This document shows positions 45,391 through 55,497 of a stretch of 64,000 nt of DNA, in pieces (positions within the stretch are counted from its first letter, which is position 1; every line of letters begins with the position of its first letter). Below the pieces are notes generated by a model. The model saw nothing but the letters and a program-made list of their open reading frames with translations, was not told where the DNA came from and made no database searches. The position numbers and the translations under genes were made by a program. The DNA lies in the IMG/VR virus record IMGVR_UViG_3300008110_000030, positions 1-64,000 of that record. One strand, written 5' to 3'.

Positions 45391-45936
45391 ATGAAAAAAC
45401 AAATGTATGCCTTTATGCTATTGGCATGGGTAAGTGCTATTCATTCGGCACCATTGAATGACTTTCAATTTAAAAGTCCTGCATTCAATGGAGTTGGTTA
45501 TAGTTCACATGTACTAACCATAGAAAATCAAGAACGTACACGTCAAAACGAACGTGCAGATAAACTACAGGCTGAAATTGACAAAGCAATTTCAGATAAG
45601 AAAAACACGAATCTTGCTAAGTTTGTTAGTAACTTAGAATCGCGTATCTACGCACAGATTAGCCAAAACGTAGCAACTGCTATGTTTGCCAATAATAATT
45701 GTACAGCAAGTAGCAACACAAACTGTTCAGGGAATATTGATTTCCAAGGAAACTATATTAGTTGGAGCAAGGTATTAAGCTCTGATGATTCAAACTGTTC
45801 TACAGCATATGGTTCTTGCATCATGTTGAGAATAGCAGATCCTACAGCAACGAACCCAACAACAGCACCTTGTAATTCTGATGGTGTATCTTGTATCTAT
45901 GTGCCACTAAGTTCATTCCAAATGCCAGGGAATTAA
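45391..45936 (+). CDS. csgF: Curli assembly protein CsgF-like
   Basis: Signal peptide then FQFKSPAFNG; F...LESRIYAQISQ; adjacent to csgG. Confidence 0.75.
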   Translation: MKKQMYAFMLLAWVSAIHSAPLNDFQFKSPAFNGVGYSSHVLTIENQERTRQNERADKLQAEIDKAISDKKNTNLAKFVSNLESRIYAQISQNVATAMFANNNCTASSNTNCSGNIDFQGNYISWSKVLSSDDSNCSTAYGSCIMLRIADPTATNPTTAPCNSDGVSCIYVPLSSFQMPGN

Positions 45937-45939
45937 CCC

Positions 45940-47190
45940 ATGAAAAAGACTATTATATCTTTGGCAATCGTAAGTATGCTTTCTGGCTGTGCAATTTTGC
46001 AGTCAACAGGAGAGTTTGATAAAACTCCAGAACTGACTACTCAGATGAAAGGTGTTAAGAAAGAGTTTGACACCATTCCAAGTCCATCAGCTGGTAGACC
46101 ATTAAGTGTTGCTGTATACAGTTTTACTGATAAAACGGGTCAACGTAGACCACAGGCTAATATTGCCAGTTTAAGTTCAGCAGTTACACAAGGCGCAGAA
46201 TCTTTTCTAATTCAAGCACTACAAAATGTAGGTCAAGGACAATGGTTTGATGTTGTAGAAAGAGTAGGCATTGATAACCTGACTAAAGAACGATTAATTA
46301 TTCGCCAGATGCGTGAAGCATACGAAGGTAAAGATGCTAAACCATTACTACCAATGCAGTTTGCAGGCATTATTATTGAAGGCGGCATTGTAGGCTATGA
46401 CTCTAGCACAACTAGTGGTGGTGTTGGACAACGTATTTTTGGTATTGGAAAACAAACACAATGGTCCACTGATAGGGTTACCGTAAGTTTACGAGCAGTT
46501 AGCGTAAACACTGGCAAAGTATTAGCCACAGTGACTACTCAAAAGACTATAATGAGTTCAGCAGACAGTGTGTCTGCATTAAAATTCTTTGATGCTGGAA
46601 CACAGGCGTTTGAAGCTGAGGCAGGTTTAACCATAAACGAGCCAGGTACATACGCTGTAAAGGCAACAATTGAAATGGCAGTAGTTGAATTAATTAAAGA
46701 AGGACAACGCAAGGGAGTATGGGATTACAAGACAGTGGTTAAAGAATCACCACCTGTATCAATCGCACCACCCCCACAGGCAGCTCCAGTGATTAGCAGT
46801 GAAGTAAGACAGAAAGAAGAAATTAAAGTAGAGGAGAAGAAAGATGTCGTGGTTCAATCACAAACCCAATCCGAAACGAAAACAGAAGCCGCACCCAGTG
46901 CCTCCACAGAAGTAAAAAAAGAGACACTTAAGGACGGTGCAGAACTAAAAGTAACAGCAATGCAAACTGGGGTAAAACCAACAATAGATCTTTTTGGTGC
47001 TAGGTATTTAAAAGAAGATTCATTTGTATATAAAGAAGCAAACGAAAAAAGTCAGCGAACTTGGCTATTAAAGAAAGGCACTGAATTATACATTATTACT
47101 CCAGGACCAGAAGGTTGGCACCAAGTAAGAGACGCAGAGAAGCGTAAAGGTTTTGTCAAGAATTCAGTACTCGGAACTGACAAACCATAA
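45940..47190 (+). CDS. csgG: Curli secretion channel CsgG with C-terminal extension
   Basis: Lipobox LSGC; AVYSF.DKTGQ; SAVTQGA; WFDVVER.G..NL..ER.IIR. Confidence 0.92.
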   Translation: MKKTIISLAIVSMLSGCAILQSTGEFDKTPELTTQMKGVKKEFDTIPSPSAGRPLSVAVYSFTDKTGQRRPQANIASLSSAVTQGAESFLIQALQNVGQGQWFDVVERVGIDNLTKERLIIRQMREAYEGKDAKPLLPMQFAGIIIEGGIVGYDSSTTSGGVGQRIFGIGKQTQWSTDRVTVSLRAVSVNTGKVLATVTTQKTIMSSADSVSALKFFDAGTQAFEAEAGLTINEPGTYAVKATIEMAVVELIKEGQRKGVWDYKTVVKESPPVSIAPPPQAAPVISSEVRQKEEIKVEEKKDVVVQSQTQSETKTEAAPSASTEVKKETLKDGAELKVTAMQTGVKPTIDLFGARYLKEDSFVYKEANEKSQRTWLLKKGTELYIITPGPEGWHQVRDAEKRKGFVKNSVLGTDKP

Positions 47191-47288
47191 AGATAGCGAG
47201 TACGGAGGAACGTAGAGGTAAACTTAATTTAATGGCCGTAGGCCAAGGAGCGTGGTTGGAGAATATATAATCCAATCGTGTATAAAAG

Positions 47289-48263
47289 ATGGACAAAAGA
47301 AACAAAGGCGTTGGTAAGTTGTCGAGAAAATTACTTACAATTCTGGTGTTGTCTGGAATGGCAACATTGGGTCATGCGGCTGATAACAGCATCTACATTG
47401 ATCAAGCAGGTGACAACAGCACAATTACTATGACACAAGATGGTGCTGGTAATAAAGTAAAAGGCATTTTGTCAAGCGGTGTTGCTGGAGGTACTACAGA
47501 TCCTGCTAAACTTACTGGCAATGCTCAAACAGTTAACATTGAGCAAACTGGTGCAACCAACGTCTTGGCATTGGGAGTTAATTCAACGCAAGGTGGTTTA
47601 GTACAAGGATATGCTAACATAGGTGTGAATTTAAACTATCAAGTAAGTGGTGGTGGAAACACTGGTTATATTAACATTAATAACAATGGTCAAGGAACTG
47701 CAATTGGTAATGTGGTCAGTATTATACAAAGTGGTGGCGGTGGAACAGCAACACTTAACATGACTGGAACTAGTAATCAATTGACTGTTGGTCAGAGTGG
47801 TGGTGCTAACAATACATTTATAGGCACAATCAATGCTGACGAAACTGTAGCAACTGTAAGTAACACACTAGGTGGTGGTAATACTACAACATTAGACATG
47901 ACTGGAAATAAAGGTCAAGTTAGTGTTACAACAACAGGCACTACAAATACAACAAGCGTGACACAAAGCGCATTTGGATCAACTGGTGCGCAAGTACTAG
48001 TTAACATTGATGGTTCAGGCAATAATACAACTGTTACACAAAGTGGTATGTATGATCACTATGCTAGTCTAAGTGTAGTTGGCAGTGGTAATAACTTTAC
48101 AATAGCACAGTCTGGTGGTTCTGCAACTGGACATTCTGCTACATTGTCTGTAACTGGAAGTACAAACACTGTTGGTATCACACAGCAAGGATCAGTTGCC
48201 AATCTAACCAACATGGCAGTAAATGGTAGTAATAATACATACACTATACTACAGAAAAATTAA
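47289..48263 (+). CDS. Curlin-repeat protein (CsgA/CsgB-like)
   Basis: Signal peptide; many Q-x-G-x-x-N repeats. Confidence 0.8.
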   Translation: MDKRNKGVGKLSRKLLTILVLSGMATLGHAADNSIYIDQAGDNSTITMTQDGAGNKVKGILSSGVAGGTTDPAKLTGNAQTVNIEQTGATNVLALGVNSTQGGLVQGYANIGVNLNYQVSGGGNTGYININNNGQGTAIGNVVSIIQSGGGGTATLNMTGTSNQLTVGQSGGANNTFIGTINADETVATVSNTLGGGNTTTLDMTGNKGQVSVTTTGTTNTTSVTQSAFGSTGAQVLVNIDGSGNNTTVTQSGMYDHYASLSVVGSGNNFTIAQSGGSATGHSATLSVTGSTNTVGITQQGSVANLTNMAVNGSNNTYTILQKN

Positions 48264-48272
48264 GAGGTTGGA

Positions 48273-49379
48273 ATGAACGTATGGCTAGCAATATTACTTG
48301 TTTCGTTACTGCACACATCAAATGCTCAAGCGGCAATTGGTAAAGTAACGGAACAGGTAAACATACCTCCTACAATTCAACGAGATAAATCAACCCTAAC
48401 TGGCAGCAAAGGTACAGGTGTTGAGATGAATGACTCAATTAAAACTTCTCAAGGCAAAGTGGGCATTACCTTTGAAGATGATACCCGTGTACAAGTAAAC
48501 GAAAACAGTAAACTGGTTATTGATGACTTTGTTTATGATCCAAAAACCAAAGCAGGTAAACTAGGTGCTAAGATTGCACTAGGTACTGTACGCTATGCTA
48601 GTGGACAGATTGCTAAGAATAGTCCACAGAGTGTAAACCTTAATACACCTAGTGCTACTGTAGCAGTTCGTGGTACGGACTTTACAGCCACAGTAGACGA
48701 ACTTGGTGAGAGTACAATTATTCTACTACCTAGTTGTCCTAACGATAGACCTACACGTACAGTAAAAGACATTGAAGCAAGTTGTAAAACTGGTGTAATT
48801 GAAGTCAGCAATGACGTGGGCACTGTAATATTAAATCAACCGTTCCAAGTAACTAAAGTACAGAGCAGAACACAACCTCCTACTCCACCTAAAACACTGG
48901 AGTTATCTGAAATGGCTATCAGTAACTTGATAATTTTGAGTCCTCCAAAAGAAGTTAAGCAAGCTCAAGAAGAACAGCGTAAAGTGTTTAATCCTTTAGA
49001 CATAGATTTTCTAAAAGAAAAAGGATTAGAGAACTGGCTTGATATGCAAGCTGGAGTTATCTACGAAGACAAACTAAAGAAAAACTTTTTGGATAACGAT
49101 TTCCTAGCCAGCTTATTTGACATTATTGGTAATCAATTGGATCAAAAATTCTTAGACCCAGTAGATCCTGTACTACCTGACTACAAGAGAGCTACTGGTA
49201 TCGTTGCCTACAAAGATGATACGAGTATTGAATTGTGTAGAGATAGTGGTGCTGACATACAGTGTGTTAAAACTCCTTTAACACAGAACAGTACAATCTT
49301 CCAAACACAAGGTAGTTTAGAGTTTAAGAATCGTGTTAATCAAGGCGGTAATACTATCATTACCTTAATACAAAGATGA
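48273..49379 (+). CDS. FecR-domain periplasmic protein
   Basis: ITFEDDTRVQVNENSKLVI; TPSATVAVRGTDF. Confidence 0.85.
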   Translation: MNVWLAILLVSLLHTSNAQAAIGKVTEQVNIPPTIQRDKSTLTGSKGTGVEMNDSIKTSQGKVGITFEDDTRVQVNENSKLVIDDFVYDPKTKAGKLGAKIALGTVRYASGQIAKNSPQSVNLNTPSATVAVRGTDFTATVDELGESTIILLPSCPNDRPTRTVKDIEASCKTGVIEVSNDVGTVILNQPFQVTKVQSRTQPPTPPKTLELSEMAISNLIILSPPKEVKQAQEEQRKVFNPLDIDFLKEKGLENWLDMQAGVIYEDKLKKNFLDNDFLASLFDIIGNQLDQKFLDPVDPVLPDYKRATGIVAYKDDTSIELCRDSGADIQCVKTPLTQNSTIFQTQGSLEFKNRVNQGGNTIITLIQR

Positions 49380-50644
49380 AACGTTTTATTTTAGGATTTG
49401 TAATCTTGTGGTGTGTATGTTTGAGTGCAATTGCTCAAGCCACGTCTTTTACTGATTTAAAATTTGGTCAATATCAGATTGCAGATTCTCAATGGGACGT
49501 TGGGGCATGTTTGTATACAAATACTTGTAATATTTACAGTACTCAACCAGGAACAATGTATCAAATACCTTGGTGGAACGGACAGTGGAACTGGCAATCT
49601 GGTCAGTATGTTAAATTTTTATTAAGTGGAATCTCTGGATATCCTTACACCGCAAATGTTTACAATAGTGACGGCAGTCTAGCAGGTAGTATAGGTAGTG
49701 GTAAAATTATTAACATGGGTGTTGATGCAAATGGTTATGCATTATTTTTCTTTGTAGGGACAGATGATAATACTGGACAACTTTTTAGTACAAATTACGG
49801 ATTTACAGGTACGGGCGGATATTCTTGGACTGGTACATTAAATCCAACAATTTCACAAGTTGACTCATTTTCTGTAAGTTACGGATCAACGACACCATTA
49901 AGTCCTGGTCAAACATTTACTGCTACCAGTTCAACTCCATCTGGACCAACAGTCTCAGGCGGAACTATAACACAGTCTAACGCTCCAAATAATCAAATTA
50001 TAGGCAGTGGAAGTGGTATTGGAATCAGCAACAATCAACAAAGTCGTGTAAACACTTGGAATAACGGTAGCAATCAAAATGCCAATAACTATTTGTATAT
50101 TGATCAAGTAAGTGGTTCCTACAATGACGTAACTATTACACAAACAACTAGTACAGGTAAGAACAAAATAGAAGCGACAATAGGCGGAACTGGAAATAAT
50201 GTTATTAACGCAACACAATCTGGTACTAACTATCTTAAGTTAGATGTCACTGGTAATAACAACAATGTAACAAGTCAACAGTCTAATAATAGTTTGACTA
50301 GCAATTATAAAGAAACTACAGTTAATGGTAATAGTAATATTATTAGTACTAACCAAAAAGACAATTCTAATCACATAATGTTTACCACAGTAACTGGTAA
50401 CAGTAATAGTGTGACAGCAGTACAAGAAGGCACAGGTGGTCACTATTTAGAAAATAAACTTACTGGCAACAATAATAGTGTACTTGCTAATCAGAGCGGA
50501 AATACAAAAAATAACGCCACTATAGATTTAACTAATAATGGCGGAGCCGCCAGTGTTGATTTACAACAATCTGGCGGGAAATCTTTTAGTATTATTCAAA
50601 GTTGTACCAATCCTGCAGGATGTAGTACTGTGGTAAGACAATAA
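49376..50644 (+). CDS. Secreted protein with C-terminal curlin repeats
   Basis: Signal peptide; G-N-x-N / Q repeats from about residue 240. Confidence 0.78.
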   Translation: MKRFILGFVILWCVCLSAIAQATSFTDLKFGQYQIADSQWDVGACLYTNTCNIYSTQPGTMYQIPWWNGQWNWQSGQYVKFLLSGISGYPYTANVYNSDGSLAGSIGSGKIINMGVDANGYALFFFVGTDDNTGQLFSTNYGFTGTGGYSWTGTLNPTISQVDSFSVSYGSTTPLSPGQTFTATSSTPSGPTVSGGTITQSNAPNNQIIGSGSGIGISNNQQSRVNTWNNGSNQNANNYLYIDQVSGSYNDVTITQTTSTGKNKIEATIGGTGNNVINATQSGTNYLKLDVTGNNNNVTSQQSNNSLTSNYKETTVNGNSNIISTNQKDNSNHIMFTTVTGNSNSVTAVQEGTGGHYLENKLTGNNNSVLANQSGNTKNNATIDLTNNGGAASVDLQQSGGKSFSIIQSCTNPAGCSTVVRQ

Positions 50645-51334
50645 TTATACCTTAAATAACCATTTCTTTGTTATGTGTAATCTTGCCTTGTTGTACTGAA
50701 CAGCAGTAATAACTAGAGCAACTGCCCAAGGTACAATAGTAGCGGCCCAAGGAACTAATCCTGCCCACCACGTAGCCATTAATGGTTCTTTCATCAACAT
50801 TAACATAGCCACGGCAAACAAGACAAACGATCCTACAAATACTGTGTCAGGATATTTTTCTAGTATCTTACTAACTAGGCCAGCACCAAACAAAATAATT
50901 GGCACACTGATTAACAAGCCAGCAATTACTAAAACAAAACTTCCATTAGCGGCTGCGGCAATACCTAGTGCGTTGTCTATGCCCATAACAGCATCGGCAA
51001 CTACGATAGTACCAATAGCACCCCAAAAGGTGTCCTTGGCTTCTATGTTATGCTCGTCATGTGTAAATGCTAACTTCCAACCAATCCATAACAATGCAAG
51101 AGCACCTATTGCTCTAAGTCCAGGAATTAGTAATAGGTAAGTTAATGCGGCTACAGATATGAAGCGTATTGCGATGGCACCAAAGGTACCCCAAAAGATT
51201 GCTTTCTTGCGCAAGTGATCTGGTAGTTTATTAGCTGCCATTCCAATAACAAGAGCGTTATCGCCAGCTAATACAATGTCTATCAAAATGATAGCTAAAA
51301 ATGCCCAAAGGGCCTGAAGCGTAAAGAGTTCCAT
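50645..51334 (-). CDS. TerC/Alx family membrane protein (YjbE type)
   Basis: DIVLAGDNALVIGMA; ADAVMGIDNAL; GLLISVPII. Confidence 0.92.
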   Translation of the reverse strand: MELFTLQALWAFLAIILIDIVLAGDNALVIGMAANKLPDHLRKKAIFWGTFGAIAIRFISVAALTYLLLIPGLRAIGALALLWIGWKLAFTHDEHNIEAKDTFWGAIGTIVVADAVMGIDNALGIAAAANGSFVLVIAGLLISVPIILFGAGLVSKILEKYPDTVFVGSFVLFAVAMLMLMKEPLMATWWAGLVPWAATIVPWAVALVITAVQYNKARLHITKKWLFKV

Positions 51335-51348
51335 AATTTACCTTAAAG

Positions 51349-51441
51349 TTATGGTCTCACCTCTTTGTCCATGCACCGGATACTGTTGTATCGTGTTGAC
51401 GGCACATAAAACCAACACCAGTTGGTTAGTTACTCCCCAAA
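51349..51441 (-). promoter_or_regulatory. yybP-ykoY (Mn2+) riboswitch
   Basis: TTTGGGGAGTA...CGTCAACACG...GGTGAGACCAT in the TerC 5' UTR. Confidence 0.82.
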
Positions 51442-51443
51442 GA

Positions 51444-51456
51444 TATTTAGTAAATA
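51444..51456. promoter_or_regulatory. Back-to-back late promoter boxes
   Basis: tatttagtaaata gives TAAATA on both strands. Confidence 0.55.
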
Positions 51457-51460
51457 CAAT

Positions 51461-52006
51461 ATGCGAGCAAAAGAATTCATTATAGAAGCAGAAGCTAGCG
51501 ATGCTGAGTTAACGCAACGTTACGGCAAGTTTGAACCCGAAGATAAACCAATGTTACCAACCACAAGAGTTGGTGGTGCGCCTTCCCCAACTTTATGGAC
51601 AGCCTACGAAGTAATTCGAAATATTTTAGGCAAAGATAAAGTTACAGACGACGATGATGAATTAGCTCCTGGAATGTACTATGTGTATCAAAGCTTAGGC
51701 TCTCCTATGTTTAAAGACACAGGTGATGGAGTAGGTAGTATCAATCTTCCCAACTTAGATAGTACTAGTGCTCGAGATGTTGCCATGGCTGCTCACGAAG
51801 CATACCATGCTTATGTACACAATAAAAGTCTTGGCGGAGTTGCTTATGCCAATGAAAAGATTATTAACAAACTAGCAGAAAAGTGGTTGAGAAATCACTT
51901 GTCAGGACCAGCATTACACACTGCACTAGAAAAAATAGTGGGCAGTAGAATCAGTTATGGTCCAAACCATATGCCTAACAGTTCAACAATAGATAAAAGA
52001 AAATGA
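51461..52006 (+). CDS. Hypothetical protein with HExxH motif
   Basis: Starts MRAKEF; AAHEAYHA. Confidence 0.7.
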   Translation: MRAKEFIIEAEASDAELTQRYGKFEPEDKPMLPTTRVGGAPSPTLWTAYEVIRNILGKDKVTDDDDELAPGMYYVYQSLGSPMFKDTGDGVGSINLPNLDSTSARDVAMAAHEAYHAYVHNKSLGGVAYANEKIINKLAEKWLRNHLSGPALHTALEKIVGSRISYGPNHMPNSSTIDKRK

Positions 52007-52299
52007 TTAAGAAAATCTTATTAATTCTATTGGTCTGCTTACCCAGTCTAGTTAACGCCCAATTCCAATACGATTATCCATTGTTGTGCGACCGCACTGC
52101 AAAGATCATACAAAGTCTCGGGGACGACTGGAAAGAAACGCTGACTTGGAGTGGAAAACACATCAGTGACAACAGTGTCTACAGTCTGTGGACCAATGAA
52201 AAAAATGGATCATGGACCCTATTAAAGATGACTTCAGAAGTTTCGTGTATACTTGGAACGGGTAGCGAATCAAAAGTAAACTTAGGAATGCCTATATAA
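52003..52299 (+). CDS. Small secreted protein
   Basis: Signal peptide, two Cys. Confidence 0.7.
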   Translation: MIKKILLILLVCLPSLVNAQFQYDYPLLCDRTAKIIQSLGDDWKETLTWSGKHISDNSVYSLWTNEKNGSWTLLKMTSEVSCILGTGSESKVNLGMPI

Positions 52300-54341
52300 T
52301 GATTAAGAAAATTTTATTAAGCCCTTGGACTGCTCTATTAACACTGGCGTTAGTAGTGGGCATACGTGCGGCAGACCCCACATTCGTTGAAAGCGTAAGA
52401 CTACGCTACTTTGATACCTTAATTACTGCTAAGGAACCAACATTCAACAATATTGTAACAGTAAATATTGATGAAGCTAGCTTGGACAAGTATGGACAAT
52501 GGCCATTGCCAAGGACTGAATATGCCAAAATTATACGAGATCTATATCAGAGGGGAGCAGGACTTGTTGTACTTAATGTGCTCATGCCAGAGTCAGACCG
52601 TACAGGTGGCGACAGTGCGTTGGGTCAAACTCTAAAAGAATTTCCAGTAGTGCTAGGGTCAGTTCCTAGCAACAAAACAAAAAATACTCCACGTGCCCCA
52701 GGGTCAGCAGTATTAGGCCCAGAGCATTTGGATCAAATTATTCGGTATCCAGGTCTAATTGCCAATGTGCCATTGCTAGAAAATTCGGCGGCAGGAGTTG
52801 GCATAGTTTCAACACTACCTGAAGTAGACGGTGTTAATCGTAGATTACCTCTTATCGTCACTGTTGATGGTAAATTATATCCAAGCATAGCTATGGAAAC
52901 GCTCCGCATTGCGGCTGGCGATAGCACCTTTCAAGTAAAACTATTTGAGGGCGGTGTTGAAAAAATGCGTATACCTAAATTTGGTCCTGTTACTACAGAC
53001 AATTTGGGTCGTATATGGATTGACTGGAGTCAGCAAAATAGAAACTTTAGTTTAACTACATTACCAAAAGATTTAGAAGGTGCAATTGTCATCGTAGGCC
53101 CAACAGCCGCAGGTATTAGTAATCCAGTACCAACAAGTAAAGGGGCAGTATTTCCACACGAAGTACAAGCCGCAGTTATTGGTACAATGGTAAACGGAGT
53201 TGTAATTGAACGTCCTGATTATGCAGATGGCGCAGAGATTATAGCATTATTAGCATTTGGTTTATTATTAATTTTCTTATCGAGGTGGACTTATGTTGGC
53301 ATTTGTGCTACTGTGGTTATTGTTGGTGCCGTCGTTCCTGGTACTATGTACGCTTTCACTAATTGGCTCATCCTATCAGACGCGACTGCAATCACGTTTG
53401 GGCTTATTATCGTTGCTCTTCATACTTATGGCGTTAAGTTTGTAAGCGAGTTCTTACAGAAGCAGGCAATTAAGAAACAATTTGAGGGATATGCAAGTCC
53501 TACAGTAGTTAAACTACTACAAGAAAATCCAGACATCATCAAGAACGGAACTAAACGTGAAGTATCTATAGTGTTTTCAGACCTACGTGGATTTACTCCA
53601 TTAGGTGAAAGTTTTGGTGATGACGTTAAAGGTCTAACTGAAGTTATGAACGGCTACATGGATGCTATTACACAACCTGTACTAGATGCAGATGGTATGA
53701 TTATCAAGTACATTGGTGATGCAAGTATGCATATTCATAATGCACCTATTGATGATCCTGACCATGCTAAGACAGCAGTAGCTACTGGACTTAAAATGTT
53801 GAAAGCTGTTAAAAAGTTCAGCATTGAATTAGAGGCTAAAGGACGTCCAGGAGTCAAGATGGGTGCTGGTATCAATACTGGTTTAGGTTATATTGGCGAG
53901 ATGGGATCAACTCGTCGTCATTCATATGATGTACTAGGTGATGCAGTGTCAACAGCCGCACGTATTGAAAGCAAGTGTAAAGAATATGGATGCGTATTAT
54001 TAGTTGGCGGTGCAACTGTGGAACAATGTGGTGATGATTTCTTCTTCTTAAAAGTAGATGACCTGGCTGTTAAGGGTAAGAGTGTGGGAGTTGCTATCTA
54101 TACAGTATTAGATGATGTTACTGCTGAGTATCATGTGAGTAAAAAGATACATGATGCTATGCATAATGCATATAGATCACAAAAATTTAACATGGCTATC
54201 AGTATGTGCAAACAACTTAGAGATCAGTTTGACAGTAGATTGACTGGTTACTATGACATGTGGATAGAACGTTGCGAGTTCCAATTAACACAAACATTGC
54301 CTGAGGATTGGAACGGCGTGTTTATAGCAACTTCTAAATAA
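52299..54341 (+). CDS. CHASE2-domain class III adenylate/guanylate cyclase
   Basis: V.IDEASL..YGQWP.PR (CHASE2); TM helices; FSDLRGFT, KYIGDA, GINTG, DVLGDAVSTAAR. Confidence 0.92.
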   Translation: MIKKILLSPWTALLTLALVVGIRAADPTFVESVRLRYFDTLITAKEPTFNNIVTVNIDEASLDKYGQWPLPRTEYAKIIRDLYQRGAGLVVLNVLMPESDRTGGDSALGQTLKEFPVVLGSVPSNKTKNTPRAPGSAVLGPEHLDQIIRYPGLIANVPLLENSAAGVGIVSTLPEVDGVNRRLPLIVTVDGKLYPSIAMETLRIAAGDSTFQVKLFEGGVEKMRIPKFGPVTTDNLGRIWIDWSQQNRNFSLTTLPKDLEGAIVIVGPTAAGISNPVPTSKGAVFPHEVQAAVIGTMVNGVVIERPDYADGAEIIALLAFGLLLIFLSRWTYVGICATVVIVGAVVPGTMYAFTNWLILSDATAITFGLIIVALHTYGVKFVSEFLQKQAIKKQFEGYASPTVVKLLQENPDIIKNGTKREVSIVFSDLRGFTPLGESFGDDVKGLTEVMNGYMDAITQPVLDADGMIIKYIGDASMHIHNAPIDDPDHAKTAVATGLKMLKAVKKFSIELEAKGRPGVKMGAGINTGLGYIGEMGSTRRHSYDVLGDAVSTAARIESKCKEYGCVLLVGGATVEQCGDDFFFLKVDDLAVKGKSVGVAIYTVLDDVTAEYHVSKKIHDAMHNAYRSQKFNMAISMCKQLRDQFDSRLTGYYDMWIERCEFQLTQTLPEDWNGVFIATSK

Positions 54342-54743
54342 TTAACCTTCGCCTGCAGCCGCAGTTTTTACATCATCAGGATCAATGTCATCTCTGCGTT
54401 TGATAGTTTTAGGTTGTTCTTTTTTACCGTCATGTGCAACTGCTTCTTGAAATTTTTCAGAAGCTTCACGCTCAACTTTAACACCTTCCATAACACGATC
54501 ACTTTCAATCATCTTACCACGTAGGTGTAACACAGTATTAACTTTTTGGTTTAAACGAATCAAATCGTTGTCCAACATACGGATACGATCTATTAGAGCG
54601 ATAAGAACTGTATTGGCTTCTGAGATGACTGGTTTAACTTCTTTGGTTGACCATTCCCATACATATTTGATAATATAACCCATTCCCACTGCCATGACAA
54701 TGGGAAATCCATATTTGTTTACTAACTCTACTATTTCAGTCAT
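54342..54743 (-). CDS. Membrane-anchored hypothetical protein
   Basis: GFPIVMA...DNDLIRL; resembles the 55216 protein. Confidence 0.7.
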   Translation of the reverse strand: MTEIVELVNKYGFPIVMAVGMGYIIKYVWEWSTKEVKPVISEANTVLIALIDRIRMLDNDLIRLNQKVNTVLHLRGKMIESDRVMEGVKVEREASEKFQEAVAHDGKKEQPKTIKRRDDIDPDDVKTAAAGEG

Positions 54744-54873
54744 TTATTACTCCTTATTCCAAAATCCCCAAGGGTTATATATTTTCTTTACTTGTTTTTT
54801 TGGTTCATAATGATACCAAAAAGCTACTGCTACTAACATTAGTATCTCTAAAAGATAAAATACTAGAAATGAT

Positions 54874-55032
54874 TCAAAGAGCAAGCCCAATTAATGTTCC
54901 TAAAAATACACCAAACAATCCCGCTCGCCACATGTCACTATCATACCATATAGCCTGAGGTTGATCCATCCAGTCTTTGATATGTTGCGGTTGTGCATCA
55001 TACCACGCTTCCCATTTATTTTTCTTGAACAT
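54874..55032 (-). CDS. 52 aa membrane peptide
   Basis: Translated by hand (MFKKNKWEAW...). Confidence 0.5.
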   Translation of the reverse strand: MFKKNKWEAWYDAQPQHIKDWMDQPQAIWYDSDMWRAGLFGVFLGTLIGLAL

Positions 55033-55219
55033 TTGGTTTATATCCCCTAACAAAAGCTTCTATTGGTTCTATTTTCTGTAATATTTGTTTACCGTTAACA
55101 TTGGTAAACTTAAATAGATCCCCTGCTCGCCAACCCAATTTATCAGAATTAAATTCTTCATCTAATATAATACCGTTAGGTGAACAATCCCAATTATAAT
55201 CAAAGTGTAGCATTATCAA
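55016..55219 (-). CDS. Hypothetical protein
   Basis: Packed ORF. Confidence 0.6.
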   Translation of the reverse strand: MIMLHFDYNWDCSPNGIILDEEFNSDKLGWRAGDLFKFTNVNGKQILQKIEPIEAFVRGYKPNVQEK

Positions 55220-55497
55220 TCCCTTCTTGCATCATTCTTTCCGTCTGCTCGAGCAATACGATCAGCATCCGGACGTAGACCTAGCGCATTAGATACGATA
55301 GTATCAATACGAATAACGTCGTGATTCATTGTTTTAACACGATTATCTAATGCTACGATAATACCTGCCATACCTTTGATACTGCCCAAAACTCCCTGTA
55401 ACAGAAGTTTGATAGTCAAATATACAAAGTACCCGCCCGCAAACGCAACAGCTATAGGGAACCCTAAATCACCAATTAATTTAAAAATTTCGTTCAT
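55216..55497 (-). CDS. Membrane-anchored hypothetical protein
   Basis: GFPIAVA...LDNRV..MNHDVIRID. Confidence 0.7.
   Translation of the reverse strand: MNEIFKLIGDLGFPIAVAFAGGYFVYLTIKLLLQGVLGSIKGMAGIIVALDNRVKTMNHDVIRIDTIVSNALGLRPDADRIARADGKNDARRD

Noticed and set aside
47289-50644. CRISPR-like or tandem DNA repeats in curlin genes
   Set aside because: Repetition is at protein level only; no identical direct repeats with spacers seen anywhere in the window
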